A DNA stretch of 64,000 nucleotides, taken from Vitrella brassicaformis CCMP3155 (taxonomy: Eukaryota; Protista; Chromerida). Below the pieces are notes generated by a model. It made no database searches. It saw nothing but the letters and a program-made list of their open reading frames with translations, and was not told where the DNA came from. The translations under genes were made by a program, and so were the position numbers. Positions 13,401 to 26,453 of the stretch are shown here, one piece after another; position 1 is the first letter of the stretch, and each line of letters opens with the position of its first letter. The DNA is taken from assembly GCA_001179505.1 (NCBI GenBank), contig CDMY01000770.1, positions 1 through 64,000 of the forward strand. Reading direction: 5' to 3'.

Positions 13401-16400
13401 CCAAGTGGAGGGCAAGATGGAGAGGTAGGCAGACGGACAGACGTGGATGGGGCAGCACAGACACACACACCAACGTCATAAAATGACCTCTGTATGTGCG
13501 TGTGTGTGTGTGCAGTTCGGTGCACATGGCTTTTGAGAAGGCCGTCGAGCTTGACAACACATACGCAGAAGAGTACAAGAGACAAGAAGGTACACACACA
13601 CACACGCATACACACACACAAAGACGCCATCCTTGTGTATGGGTTATGTCATCATCCTGTGGAGCAGCCAAGCACAAGTCGCATGTGCAGCAGCTGGACC
13701 AGCTCGCCGTCAAGCTGGTCGACACACTCAGGCAGAACACCAGCCCAGAAGAACGATCACTCTACTTGGTCAGTCAGTACCACACTCTCCCCCACAGCAC
13801 ACACACACACATCCATCCATCTGTGGCGCGCGCGTGCGTGTGTGTGTGTGTGTGTGTGTGGACATCAGGATGGTCAGCTGCTGAACAAGCGTTTCTCGTT
13901 GGGCATCCACTGGCTCAAGAAGCACCGCTGCTACGTGGTCAACCTGGACAAGGGCAACAGCAAGTGCCACGGCGGACAGATCTCGCCCACCTCACTGGAC
14001 ATCGAAGGACTCAAAGAGGCACTCAGGTGCTGACACATACACATACAGACACACACACGTGTGTGTGTGTGTGTGTTATCGTGTTATCGCGTGTCTGTGT
14101 GTGTCTGGGTGCTGCAGAAAGGCGGTTGAGCGTCGCAACGGCCTGGCGAAGGAGCTGGGCTATAAGGGACACATCGACCCTTCACGTACACACATATACA
14201 CAGAGACGCATCAACTATGAATGCGTGTGTGTGTGTGTGAACAAAGGCGTGACTGACCCGGCTGAGTACGAGACGCTGAGCGCCTGGGAGTGCGACCGAA
14301 TCGCTGAGGTACCCTTCCCCCCCCCCCNNNNNNNNNNNNNNNNNNNNNNNNNNNNNNNNNNNNNNNNNNNNNNNNNNNNNNNNNNNNNNNNNNNNNNNNN
14401 NNNNNNNNNNNNNNNNNNNNNNNNNNNNNNNNNNNNNNNNNNNNNNNNNNNNNNNNNNNNNNNNNNNNNNNNNNNNNNNNNNNNNNNNNNNNNNNNNNNN
14501 NNNNNNNNNNNNNNNNNNNNNNNNNNNNNNNNNNNNNNNNNNNNNNNNNNNNNNNNNNNNNNNNNNNNNNNNNNNNNNNNNNNNNNNNNNNNNNNNNNNN
14601 NNNNNNNNNNNNNNNNNNNNNNNNNNNCCCCCCCCCCCCCCCCCCCCGATAAGCGTGTGTGTCTGTGTACAATGACCGAATGGGTGCAGACGCTCATCAA
14701 CACCAAGCGCGAGCAGGAGGGCCTCCTCTGCCCAGAAAACGGCAAAAGACGCATGGGATTCGGTACACCATGGGGGGCCCAGAGAAGCCCCTGTGCACAC
14801 GATGGCCTTGTCATGTGTGCAGGTATCTGTTGGAAGCGCCGGTCTGACTATGCGGCCGCGACGCAGGGTGGCGGATACTTCATGGTGCAGCTCAAGTCGG
14901 CCGGCAGCGGGCCGGCCCGACAAGTGCGATACTTCCACGTCAAATGGAACACACTAGGTGCGGCCAGCCAGCCCGAAGCTACACACAGAATGGATGACGG
15001 AATGTATGGGTCTGTTGGTCAGGTTGTCTGAACCAGACGTTTCAGGAGGCTGTGACGTTCCGCGATGAGTACCGGGCCGCCACACAGGGTATGCACACGC
15101 TAAGCAATCCACCCACTCACCCTCACACCGCATGTGTGTGTATGCATGTGTGTGTGTCATCAGATGGCTTGCTGCCCCCTCCGCCCGAGATGCTGTCTCA
15201 GACACTGGAGAAGCACGATGAAGAGAACGACCCCACACCACCGCCCAGCCCCACTCAAGAAGGCAAGTCTGCCAATTCCCACCATACGCACACCACACAC
15301 ACACACGTCAGTCTGTCTGTGTTGTTGCAGGTATGGAGGTTGACGACATGATGCGTGAGAAGGCCCGGCCGCTGTCCAACGAGGTGCGCACGCGTGTATG
15401 TGAATCCACATGGCCGGCCTTTGTGTAAATGCACATGCCACGCAGGATTTGGGGCGTTTGGCACAGCGGATGATCGACCAACAGAGACAGGCCGAGGGAT
15501 ACCTCGACGAGGGCGGCAAGTACGTAACCAACGAACACGCACACACAAGCCACAAATTATCACATGGTGCCCGCGTGCCTCTCTGCAGGCGTCTGAAGGG
15601 TTTCAATCTGGTGTGGAAGAAAAAGGCCAGACAGTTCGTTGTCAAGGTGCGCCACAGCAGAGGAGACACACAAACTTCTTCAAACTAAACACAGACGCGT
15701 CACATACACACAGAGATTTGCACATCCATGTGTGTGTTTGTGTGTGCAGGTGAGGCTGCCCGGCAGCGACAAGGTGTCGGCCAAACACTTCACGCCATCG
15801 ATGAAAACTGAGGACGCTCTCACGGTTCGCACAGCTGATATGTCCACAGGCAGCCCATATCGTGTGTCGCTGTCTGCGCGCGTGCACAGGTGGCCTTCCA
15901 AGGCGCACTCGAGTTCCGCAGCACACTGAGCGACGCACACCCGGCACCCAACGCCCTCATCGCCGCAGAAAGGTCTGCACCCACTCATCCGCCACCTCTG
16001 TGTCTCACCGTGTCTGATCTCCTCCTCAGTCCTCTCCCCGTGCACCCAGCTGTGGGCAGCCACCTGGACGGCATCGCCGAGGCGCTCATCGAAGAACTGG
16101 GTATGGGTACCTGCAGCTACATCGAGCACATCCATGTGTGTGTCATGTTCGCGAACATCAGAGCCATGCCCTCTGGTCTCCGTCGAGTGGAAGCGCGGCG
16201 GCCAGTGCTTCTGGGTCGCCAGGGCCGGCAAGAAGAGGTCAGCGGCCACCGCGTACCACACGGGCAATAGGAATCGAATCATCCACAGCTGCTTTGTGTG
16301 TTGTCAGGGGCGGCCGTCGGACTTCGTCCAAGAACGATTCCCAGCGTGTGCCAGTGCTGACTCGGACGGAGGAGGGCGTCAGGCAGGCCTTCGCGGCCGC

Positions 16401-18902
16401 CCTGCAGGCCAGGGACAGCATGAAGCGTACGCACACACAAATGATGAGCACACACCACGTGGTGACACACATGATGTGTTTTGTCAGTGTGCATGGCTTA
16501 CGAGGAGTATAGCGGCGAGATGGACCTGGACTTCACACCCAAATCGAGGACCAAACCCAAACACAAGAAACGTACACGCAACACACAACACACACAAACC
16601 AATCCATTACAACCATGTGTTGTCTTCCCCTACTCCCTCCCTCCCTGTCTCAGGCCATCGTCACAAGTCGTCATCGCCCGATGTCCAGCGCGCCTCACCG
16701 TCGGCGTCGCTCACATCTGACGCACTCGGCGCGTTCATGGGAGACGACGGCAGCAGCGGTCAGTCACCACACAATGGAAACATAAGCACTGGACCACCCA
16801 TGGCCATTGATTGATGATGCTCTGTGTCTGATGTGTGTGTGTGCAGACGGCCGTCCCTCATCGCAGCTGCTGAGCATAGAGGAGATCGACAGACTGGCCG
16901 ACAAATGGGTCGGTAGACATCTAGCTAGAGACACACACATTGGTGGATGCACCCGTGTGTGTGTGTGTGTGTGTGTAGGTGTCCGCCAAGGGCGGCGGCT
17001 GGATAAAGTGGGTCAAGAATGCGTTTGTCGTGGCCGGCGGGGTGGGCACGCGCAGGGGCACGGGCAGCGGAAGACGATTCCCCATCGCCGACTTCACATA
17101 CAACGGGCTTAAGGCGGGTAAGCAGTCAACGGGCTCATTCGAAAGGACACACCAATGCGCACACGCTGTCCCTGTGCAGCCTTCAACGAGGCTGTCGCCT
17201 ACTTTAACAAACACTTTGGTGAGTAGAAATCCACACAGCCGACGATCACGCATTAGGCAGCGAGCTGTGCCTCTTTCTTTGTGTTGTGTGTGTGTCAAGG
17301 TTCTCGCATTCCTTTGTCCCCGTCGCCGATCCCGAAGCGCATGAAGTTCACCTCGGGGGCCGCCGTCGAGGACGACGACATCACGGCCGAGCCATACATG
17401 GACGGATGTACGCTTGACACACACACACACACACATGCACAACGCACCATACCAATCCACCAATCCATGTCTGTTTTGTCCGTGTGCTACCCATAAAACG
17501 ATCCAACAGATGGCTGTTGGTTGCTGTCGTTGTCGTCATCGCCCCACCCGATAGCAGGGGAGCTCAGGGAGGAGGGCGGAGAGCACCTTCTCCAGTTCAA
17601 GGCGGGCGGCAAGAAAATGTGTGTGAGCTACGGAGGCATACACACAGGCCTGCACACATTACAACGCACATTCGCTGTGGTATTATTGTGTGGCGCGCAC
17701 ATACAGCATCCGCTTCTACCCGTGCAGCCATTGCCAGGCCCAAGGTAGCTTCTCCCGTCTCTCTCTCTCTCTCTCTGTGTGTGTCTGCCTGTCCGTCTGT
17801 CTGTCTGTTTGTTGCACACCTGACCCACCCACCCATATTGTATGTGTGGTTGTGGTGTCTGTCAGGTTCTTTGTCGTGGATCTCTGCCAGCACGTACACG
17901 TCCAAGCATTTGCCTGAGTACCACCCGGAGATCCTGCAGCAGCAGCAGCAGCAGGAGCCAATGCATGCAGAGTCATACGACGTCCAGGTAGGTATGAACA
18001 CAGGCATCACACGCCTCCATCCCACCCACCCCAACCGCCTTCCCCTCCAACACCCTCATCCTTCCGTGTGTAGCCGGCTGATGATTACGATGCCGGTGGG
18101 TCCAAGTATTTGGACGAGCAGGAGGCCAGCGGCGGCAATGAGGGAGGCGGCAGCGACGAGGGCATGGAGGAACAGGAGCAAGAGCAGGAGCAAGAGCAAG
18201 AGCAGGAGCAGGACCAGGAGCAAGAGGGGCTGCCCGAGAACGAAGACCACGTGATGCAGGAGATGCAGGAAGGTAAGGACATGTGTGTGATGAGACAGGA
18301 TAAGATGGACTGCGGCCAGGCCGATGAGGTGTCAACTGTGTTGTGTTGTGTTGTGTTTGTGTTGTGTTGTGTTTTGTGCAGTGCAACACCCCGAGCCGGT
18401 CCCACTGCCGTCCAACGACCTCGCCCGCCTGGCCAACTTCGCCCTGCCCACCCACGATGGTAACACCAAGAAAGACACCAACACTCACGCCAGCAGCAGC
18501 AACAAGGACAAGAAACAAGACGACGAGAAAAACAAAGAGGTGAAGCTGACACAGGCCTTGGTGCGCAAAGGCATGGATTTTTGTGTGTTTCCCTCCCTCC
18601 CTCCCTCCCTCCCTCGCTCCCTCGGGCTCTCTTGGCAGGGCGCATCTGCTGAGATCACGGAGCACCCGACGACCGACTCGCCCGTGCCGCAGGACGCTGT
18701 CAAGATGGAGGTCGATGATAGAGGTACATATCTAGTCACACACGATGCTTCACACATCTCGATGCGGACACGTCTCCTTTGTGTTGGTTGCGTGTCTGTT
18801 GGGGGGGGTGCAGGTGAGAGCTCCCCCTCGGACAAGGCCGCCGCATCAGCAGCTGCTGCCGCTGCCGCTGCTGCTGCCGTGCAGTGTCTCGGAGAGCTGT
18901 GA
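10477..18902 (+). CDS. Large ApiAP2-like protein with about 7 divergent AP2-like repeats, flanked by Gln/Pro-rich and acidic low-complexity regions; multi-exon
   Basis: Repeated pattern of G-x-x-W strand, F/Y-x-V strand and a terminal amphipathic helix (A..A..R). Examples: GIHWLKKHRCYVVNL..LKEALRKAVERRN; GICWKRR..YFMVQLK..VRYFHVKW..TFQEAVTFRDEY; GFNLVWKKKARQFVVKVRLPG..KHFTP..AFQGALEFRSTL; VEWKRGGQCFWVAR..VRQAFAAALQARDSM; GWIKWVKNAFVV..RRFPIADF..AFNEAVAYFNKHF. Canonical splice sites are on + throughout. Confidence 0.6.
14328..14627. other. Assembly gap (300 N) flanked by poly-C, inside an intron of the AP2-like gene
   Basis: N run 14328-14627 follows a GT donor (gag|gtaccc) and has C homopolymers on both sides. 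Confidence 0.98.
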
Positions 18903-19131
18903 AATGGGGCGGATGTGGGTGGTTGAAGGGGTCGGTGTGCAGAGTTCCTTTGTCTGTGTGACGTGGCTGCCTTGATGTACAGATGAGAAAGAGAGGTTCC
19001 TTCCATAATGCGTGCGCGTAGCGACTAGCTAGAGACGGACACAATCATTCAAGTGAAGTGAATGAAGACAGAACGCCGCTGTGTGTCCAGCCATTCATCT
19101 CACGTATTCCCCTCTCTGTTCGCACAACCAG

Positions 19132-19340
19132 TTCGGGACTCGCGAGCTTTGAGCGAGCGAGGCACGCTCTTACCCGAAGTTCGTGTTTGTAATTGGGGCC
19201 AAATTGGGGCCTCGAGACATTCGGTACCGTCTTTTTTGTGGAGGCCTACTGCGAGCTTGGGGGCTTTGCACGCATTTTCCCTGACGAACGCGGAGTAACG
19301 CGGAGCGAGTCCCGACCCCCCGACGGAGGAGGGCAACTCA
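19132..19340 (+). repeat. Dispersed ~210-bp element, copy 1 (copy 2 at 48729-48940, minus strand)
   Basis: 19132-19186 matches the reverse complement of 48886-48940 with 1 mismatch in 55 nt. 19297-19340 matches copy 2 with one C indel. Shared internal blocks are tttgtaattggggcc, cattcggtaccgtctt and tgcgagcttgggggctttgca. An 11-bp inverted repeat, tcgggactcgc/gcgagtcccga, lies at 19133-19143 and 19305-19315. Confidence 0.92.
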
Positions 19341-19409
19341 TCTGCTCACATACTAATACACACCCACACGAGTGGATGCAAATCTGCCGTTGGGGCCGTT
19401 GGTCTGCGT

Positions 19410-22400
19410 ATGTGGCGATTTTGCCTGCTTGCGCTGGTGGTGGTTTTTCGACAGACGGAGAGGGGAAGGCGCGGAGGTAGGGTGGTGGCTCAGCTCACGG
19501 CACCCTGTCTGACGGGCAACAGGGCCCTCTTTCCCGACGGGACGGAAGCAAACGCAGACTGCCGACCGGGGGATCCTTGGGAAGGAGTATTTGACAGGGC
19601 CATTACAACGGAGCAAGATGAGGCACTTTCCCACCGGCAAGATGATGACGTCTTTGCGCGATGCGAGGGCAATGCCTTTCTACCGATTCTCGACCACCCC
19701 GATTTGGGCAACTTCGGCCAATGCGTCTACGAGGATAACGTCAGGGAACGGCTCAAGAGGCAGCAGACAGATGCCCTGACCACCGACGAGGAGACCGCCG
19801 GCAACGTGACCGCATCGGCAGAGAACCAGAGCCAGTTATGCGGGGCGCCTAGCGGCGTCAACCGAACGGACATCACTGACTTGGGGACGGCAGCTCTCGG
19901 CAGGTACGCGCTGCAGCCAATGTGAGAGGACCACTAGCATTTGCGCGATGTTTGCTTTGTCCTTGTCTGTCAGCTGCCCATCAGAGAAGCCCCTCTGTGC
20001 TCGGACGAGTGACTCCCGCTTCTGCTACTGCATCAATCTAGAAGATGGCCTTTTTACGGGCCTGATTGTCGCGGATTTTCTCACGGGCGTCACAGGCGGC
20101 CAGTCATCGTCCCTCTGCTTCCCGCCCGCATTGGATCCGTGCTTCAATTCCGTCAACCGCTTCGCCGTGCCCCTCGACTGCGCGGCCAGCCTGCCCGTCG
20201 TCGAGAGAATGGAAGACATTGGGCCCGACCCAAGAGAGCAGAGCGTCAAGCCGAATGGCCCGCCCCCAGTTCCACAACAGTCAACCTTCGCCCAGCTAGT
20301 GCCCGGCACTTATCTGTTCCAAGACGTGCACTCTGACGCCTACCTCGACACCATCAGCAACACGGGCACCAATGTGTCGAGTTGCATGAGGATCCAGGGC
20401 AAGCCTGACGATGATAGTGGACTTGACGGCTTCTTCCTCGACCTCTCGTGCAATACGGCAGAGGGCGTGAGTGTGACCCTCCAGTTCGACTGCCCCGACA
20501 CCGGCCTTTGCTCCCAACGCGAGGGCAACCCCGCAGTTGCAACCATACAAGGCGTCCTGCGCGTGGAGAATGCCAGCAACTTGGCATGCAGGGGCGTCGA
20601 CGCGCAGATCGAGATGACATTGACGGGGTTCGTCGACGAGGCAGAATCTCTCATTGCTCAGCAATTCGAGTATGACCAGCTACAACGGATTCTGATCATC
20701 GGCAATGAGACACAGGATGACCTTGTCACTGCAAGAGCGCTAGGGCTCATCAGCCAAGCACGTGACTTCAGTCTCGGTCTGTTGACCTTTCCTGATGATG
20801 TGCCAGAGAGCTGTGATATTCTGCTCAACCAGCGGGTGTTCACGGTCACGTCGTCACAGGAGGCAGGATCTATCCTTGCACTGGCTACCTCAGGATATGG
20901 AAGGAACACGACGTCTGGCGACATTATCCGAAAGGTACATGCACCGGTGGACAAAGCACATATACATGTGTATATATTTCGTTTTCCTCAGAACCCGTTG
21001 GAGGTCAGTCAGTTCGCTTTTGACAATCGAGAGGCATTCCAGAAGTGCAGTGAAGTATGTGGGGACGCGGCTCCATCGTCTGGCATCCTCGGCATCGATT
21101 TCAGTCTTGCGCTGCTCGGAGAAGTCTTACCGACGATCTTCTTTCCCATCTACCAGCCGGAGCAGTCGCCCGACCTGTCGTTCAGCAGCTTCTTCATTGG
21201 GGACTCTTTCTTTACGAACACGACCCTCGATACCACAGAGTGCTCCGGCGACGATCGATTCAATAGGAGTGGCAGAGAAGTATCTGCTTTGTGCACTGAG
21301 GCCCTAGACCTTGAGAGGCCTCGATCCTTTGAGCTGTTCAGCGCGGAGACAGGCGTGTCACTTGACCTGATTCTGAAGGTGCTTCGTTCATTCTCAAGGA
21401 AGCCATACATGTGTCTGTCTGTGTGCTGCCGTTGTGTGAAGGGCCAGCTGGGAAATCTGATCGATGGAAGAGAAGGTACATGGCAATGACACCAGTCAGG
21501 CGCGTGACAAGCATGTTTCTTTCTTCTGGTCTCTTGGCTGAGACGCAAAGATGATTGACTGTCTTGCCGTTGATGCGTGTGTATGCAGTCTTGGCCAATT
21601 GCCGAGGACTGAGGCTCCAAAACCTTCCCGTCGACTTTGACCCTGGCGATGACGCCTTATATGCTCAGCCCCTCGTTGAACCCAGCTCATTTGGCGAGGT
21701 TGTGAGTGTTGCTCTTGCGCTCAACGAAGGAGTCCTTGGAGCTGACACGTGTGTTTTCATTTCTACCGATGGGACTCATACTTGCAAGGGGATAACGAGA
21801 GGCTCTGAGCACAGGATCAACGCTTCTGTCGAGATCTTCTCGACTGTTGATGATCCAACGATCAAGAGCTGCACCGAGAGGTTCAGCGATTTCGCCACGG
21901 GGGACGGGGATGTCCTGCCTAATCGCTGTGTGATTGCGTTTGAACGCTGTAAGCAATTGAAATGAATCACAGCAGACTTGCTGTCGCTTCCTGTTGCTTC
22001 GTCGTATCTCTTGCTTGTGTCAGTCGAGGCGTGTCCTGAGATTGTCCTGAATGCCTCCAGTACCGCCCAGCCATCAAGCTACCGCATGACCGACCTTGAC
22101 ACAGGCTGGTGCATCCGGATTCGGCCTGAAGATTCCACTGAGGAAGTCTTCCTATTCAGCTGCGAGGGAGAGGACGCGGATTTGCAAGTGCGGATCAACT
22201 ATGATGTCGAGGCTCTGGACGGACGGATCGCACTAAGATCCCTTGGCCAGCCACAGGTTGGCTTCGCCAATGTGGGCTTCAAGGGCACAGTGCGGCAGGT
22301 GTGGCCCCCAGAGTGCGAAGGTATTCTCATGTTCGTCGAAGGTACGCTGTGTTTGACACACTCGCAAAGCCTTCGAGTGTGTCTTTTGTCTATTCAGCTT

Positions 22401-23445
22401 GTGTCTCTTCATTACACAGGCACTCAAGCGGGCGGCTTGAGTTTTGAGCCTCAGGGAGAAGAGCTCACTTATCCGGGTGAAACGTCGTATCTCCCCACCA
22501 TCAGAGAGTTTGCTAAGTCAATCGCACCCGAATTGGTAGCACTGCCAGACACTGACCATCAAGAAGCCTGTGTCTGCTAACTGCTTTGTGCAGATCTTCA
22601 CGTCGAGCGCCTCTTTTGCGAACATGGATTATACCATTTTATCGGCTCCTGACAATATTTCTGCCGAGCGCTGCTTGCTGCCTACAGTGAAACTCACCTA
22701 CAGGAAGTTTGGGACGGGAGTCATAGAATTTGATAATGGAACCATCGCAGAAGTGCCTATATTCAGCTTTCCCAGTTTGTCAGTTGACAATTCGGGACCC
22801 GAGGACAACCCCACATTCGTCGACAGTTATATTCAAATGTATGGATATGGACCTGGGAGGCAAGGCCGCGGCATAGATTTCTTGTCGAGAGTAAGCGGTC
22901 ACTTGAGAGAAGTCTGCGACATTCCGAAAGAAGGTACGACAAATTGTATTGCATCAAGTACTCACAGGCAAGGGTCCCTGTTTGTTGTCAGGCGTGCAGA
23001 TTCAATGCCTCGCGAGAAGGCCATTTGTCTTGTTGGCCGACGAAGATTTCCTCAAGCCGGACGACGATTTCAATCTCACGTAAGATGGGCTCAAATGACG
23101 AGACAGCCATCAGGCCGTTATGGCTGAATCCATTTTCTCTATGTGTCTCCTTCCTTCAAGTTCTGTTGCTCGAGTGCAGACACAATACGGCATCGATCCC
23201 GACGATTTGCCGCTCCAATCGCCAGATGGCTTCACACTCAGCTGCTCGCGTGATGATGTCGAGCGTGTTCAGCCTGCTGGCTTCATTGTGCGGACGATCC
23301 CCTTTTTCGTCGAGGCCCCAAGCGGCTATGGCAAGACCCTCGCCGTTCAGCAGCTGTGTCCTGTTCTGACATTTTGTACCACCAAGGCCGAGAAGACAAG
23401 CCCGGCCTCTAATGGACAGACGCAAGATGGGAAGAGACCATTGTG
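19410..23445 (+). CDS. Hypothetical secreted Cys-rich glycoprotein; multi-exon
   Basis: Hydrophobic N-terminus MWRFCLLALVVVF. Long ORFs 19410-19925, 19948-21489, 21555-21965, 21978-22580, 22570-23127 and 23120-23446 can be joined by short GT-AG introns. Many Cys and N-x-S/T sites. No family recognised. Confidence 0.6.
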
Positions 23446-24021
23446 AGGCTGACGAAAGGGCAGGCGGCCAGCTTCTGGAATTGATTTGATATGAGGGTGG
23501 ATTTGCTGTGCGGACCATCGCCTTGCTCGCCGTCGTTCGTGAGTGCCAGTGCGGGGTGTGACGGCATTTTGTATCGCAACCGGTGTCAGAGGATTTTTCT
23601 GTGATCGCTTTTTCTACGACGCGTATACATCCATCAGCCATACACGCCTGTGTGGCCTATGGCAAGGTGCACAAAGTGAGACACAATCACTTCGGGCTCA
23701 CAGCTTGGTATGCATCGGCGCCTTCGGTGTCTGTGTATGTCACTTATGGCAGCTGGCGTATTTGTCGTCGTTTCTCAAATGACGCGCAGCCGTCAATTGT
23801 TTGTCGGAAAAAACAATAATCATTTTCGTCTTTGGGAGACGGCAGTCTGCTGTAGTGCATTTCGTCTCGTGTGTGTGTGCCTGTGTACTGGCGGACGCAT
23901 TGCATTGTGGTGATTTATATTTCAGCCATGCACCAATGTATCCGAGCCGGCAGCAATCTCGATCGTTTCTTACAAAAGAAAGAATCGTGCACACGTGCAA
24001 AGGCAGGAATACGTCAGTCAG

Positions 24022-26453
24022 TCACACTAGCAGGAGCGAGTCGACCACAGCGAAGCCGGCGGCCACCCCGCCCTCGTTGCTGCCCTCATCCTGACAAACA
24101 CGAGCCACACACACACACACACACACTTTAATGAACGATGCAGACACGTAGTCTCATGTGTAGATACCTTGCTGCGCAGCAGGTGGCCGAGCGTCTCATT
24201 GTACACCTCCTCACTCCCATCCCTTCACACAAACACACACACACAGAGGAACACACCATGCGGAAAGTCGCCACTCCATTATCACATGGCACTTACATGA
24301 CTTTGGCCGAGTAGATGCCCAGCTCGGCGAGGGATGGCCGCACGAACGCCTTGAGCTCGGCCGTGTCAGTGCGGTCAAAGACGAGCGATGGCAGCACTGG
24401 CGGGCGGATCTTCTTCATCAGGATGTACTCAGACAGACCCTCACCCTTGGTCAGGGTCCTCACGATGTCTGCACTCCACTCACAGAGACGCACGTGCGTC
24501 GAGAGCGATAGCAGCATCCTCGCCCTTCCACCTTGTCCGTGCAGGTTGTTGCCGCCGCCCTCTCTCTGAGGCTTCAGCACCCACTCCTCAGGATGCTGCA
24601 CCGCACACACGAACACACACAGCAATGCACAGAGTGTATCAGCCACGGCCCTTCTTGTCAGATTCTCCTCACTTACCTGGATGGCGTCCTTGACCTCCTC
24701 GCCCTTTGGCGCCATTGAGGGGTCCACTTGAGGGGCGAACACCTCACGCAGCGGCTGGCGACTGCACACCGGCACGAACCGATCCATCGTCGAGGGGTCG
24801 CACCAAAGTGCTTGCACCTGTGTGTGCAGCACACCCCACATAGCAAAGGACAAACAAGCGCGGTGCGTGTGTCTGCTTGCGTGTGTGCACTCCCCCTGCC
24901 CACCTTTTTGCATCCGGCCAGGTGTGCTGGGCCACTCGGGCACTTGACGGCATGCGACCATTCCAGCACCTCACGGGCAGCCCAGCAGCGGTCGTCAGGC
25001 AGGTGCGGCGGCGCGTAACCCGACCGAAAGTACACCACAGTGAGCTCAAGGACCTCGTCGAGTCCTCTCTGCCACACGAGGCGGCCTGGAGTGGCCAAGG
25101 GGGTGCTTGCGGAAGGATTGTCGGGTAGGATGCGCAGAGCGCCGCTCTCTATTGCGTCAGCCAGGTCCTGGAAAGTGCTGAAACAATGAAAGCCGGATAC
25201 ATACACACACACGGGGACATCAGCTGATGCGCTCTGTGTGTGTTTGACCTTCTCCTGCACGTGACGCCGTGGGTGTCGTAGAGTGCGAACTCGAGATGCC
25301 TCTGGTCGATTTCGTTGCGCTCGTTGTCAGGCACCATGTAGAGTACCGCTGGCCGGCGACCGGAGCCTCCTGCACACACAGCCAGTGGACACACACACAT
25401 TTGATGGTGTGTGCATCTTGCCGTGCACATCTGCGCTCACTCACTTTCGATAGGTCGTCTCCTCAGATACGCCGTGTGTGCAGCGGCGATGGCCTGAACA
25501 CACACACGCACACAAGCGCATGAGTGGGCACATGCCTGTTTTATCCACACACACACACGTACCGTGGCCATGTTGTCTGCCGGTGCATTTGGTGGCGAGA
25601 TGTCGTCCACGACGCTCTGCACCACATTAGCAGCCGAGGCACTCTCTGATGCCTGATCCGTCTTGGCGTAAAGCTCCTCCGCCAGCCGACGAATGGCAAA
25701 CCTGATCCACAACGATTGCAAAGCAGCTTGGTAGAACGACCATTCATCTGATCAGTGACCGTGCGTACCTTTGGAGTGCGGAGACTCTCTGCCCGAGTCC
25801 GGCGAATGATGCGGCGATGGTGTTGAGCTCGACCTGCATGAGCCTCTGCGGCTGGTCCGGCCTGCTGTCAATCATGTAGTCAGACCGCAGCACATACAGA
25901 CGCACGTCGGTCGATACAGCCTGCAGAAACGACGGCAAGGGACACATGTACACGAGCTGCGCAGAACAAATATTGCTTATATAGGGCGTGTGGATCACCT
26001 TGGTTGGGTCCGCATAGACCCTCTCGCACATGGCCATGATCTTGGCAGTGAAATCATCCACCTCACACACACTCTTCAGTGACGCCTGGAGCCATGGAAA
26101 GTCGCAAGCAATCCTGTCAGCCAGGTCACCGAACGGCGTGCTCAGACTCAGCGCCTGAGCATACAGCCTCTTGGGGATCTGCACACACAAACACCAATGC
26201 AAACCAAACCGCTGACAGGCAGCAGCCAGGGACTGCAATGTGAGCGTGGCCATCGTCGCACCGGCGAAGGCAGCGCAGCAATGGGCGCCAGCTGCATGTT
26301 GATTCGGTCCGATGCGTCCCGATACATGCCGATGCCGTGACAGATGCCCCACGTGGCGATGTCGCGCATTGCGTAGGCGTTGAGAGCGTACTCGGACAGC
26401 CAACTCTTCTCTGTCAGACATCGCAGCAGTGAATCTTTGAGTGATGAACTCAT
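24022..26453 (-). CDS. GSS: Eukaryotic glutathione synthetase; multi-exon
   Basis: Motifs: MSSSLK..WGICHGI..LAPIAALPSP; RLYVLRSDYMID..LMQVELNTIAASFAG; HAVKCPS..HLAGCKK; WVLKPQREGGGNNL; EYILMKKIRPP; ELGIYS; terminal EGGVAAGFAVVDS..* (TGA 24022-24024). Confidence 0.95.

Noticed and set aside
13496-15031. 511-aa ORF and three antisense ORFs spanning the N run
   Set aside because: These are artefacts of translating through 300 Ns and intronic TG repeats.
19132-19340. Repeated element as tRNA, SINE head, snRNA, SRP, RNase P/MRP or telomerase RNA
   Set aside because: No A/B box pair or cloverleaf, no conserved Sm site, no P4 pseudoknot motifs shared by both copies and no telomeric template. It is left unassigned.
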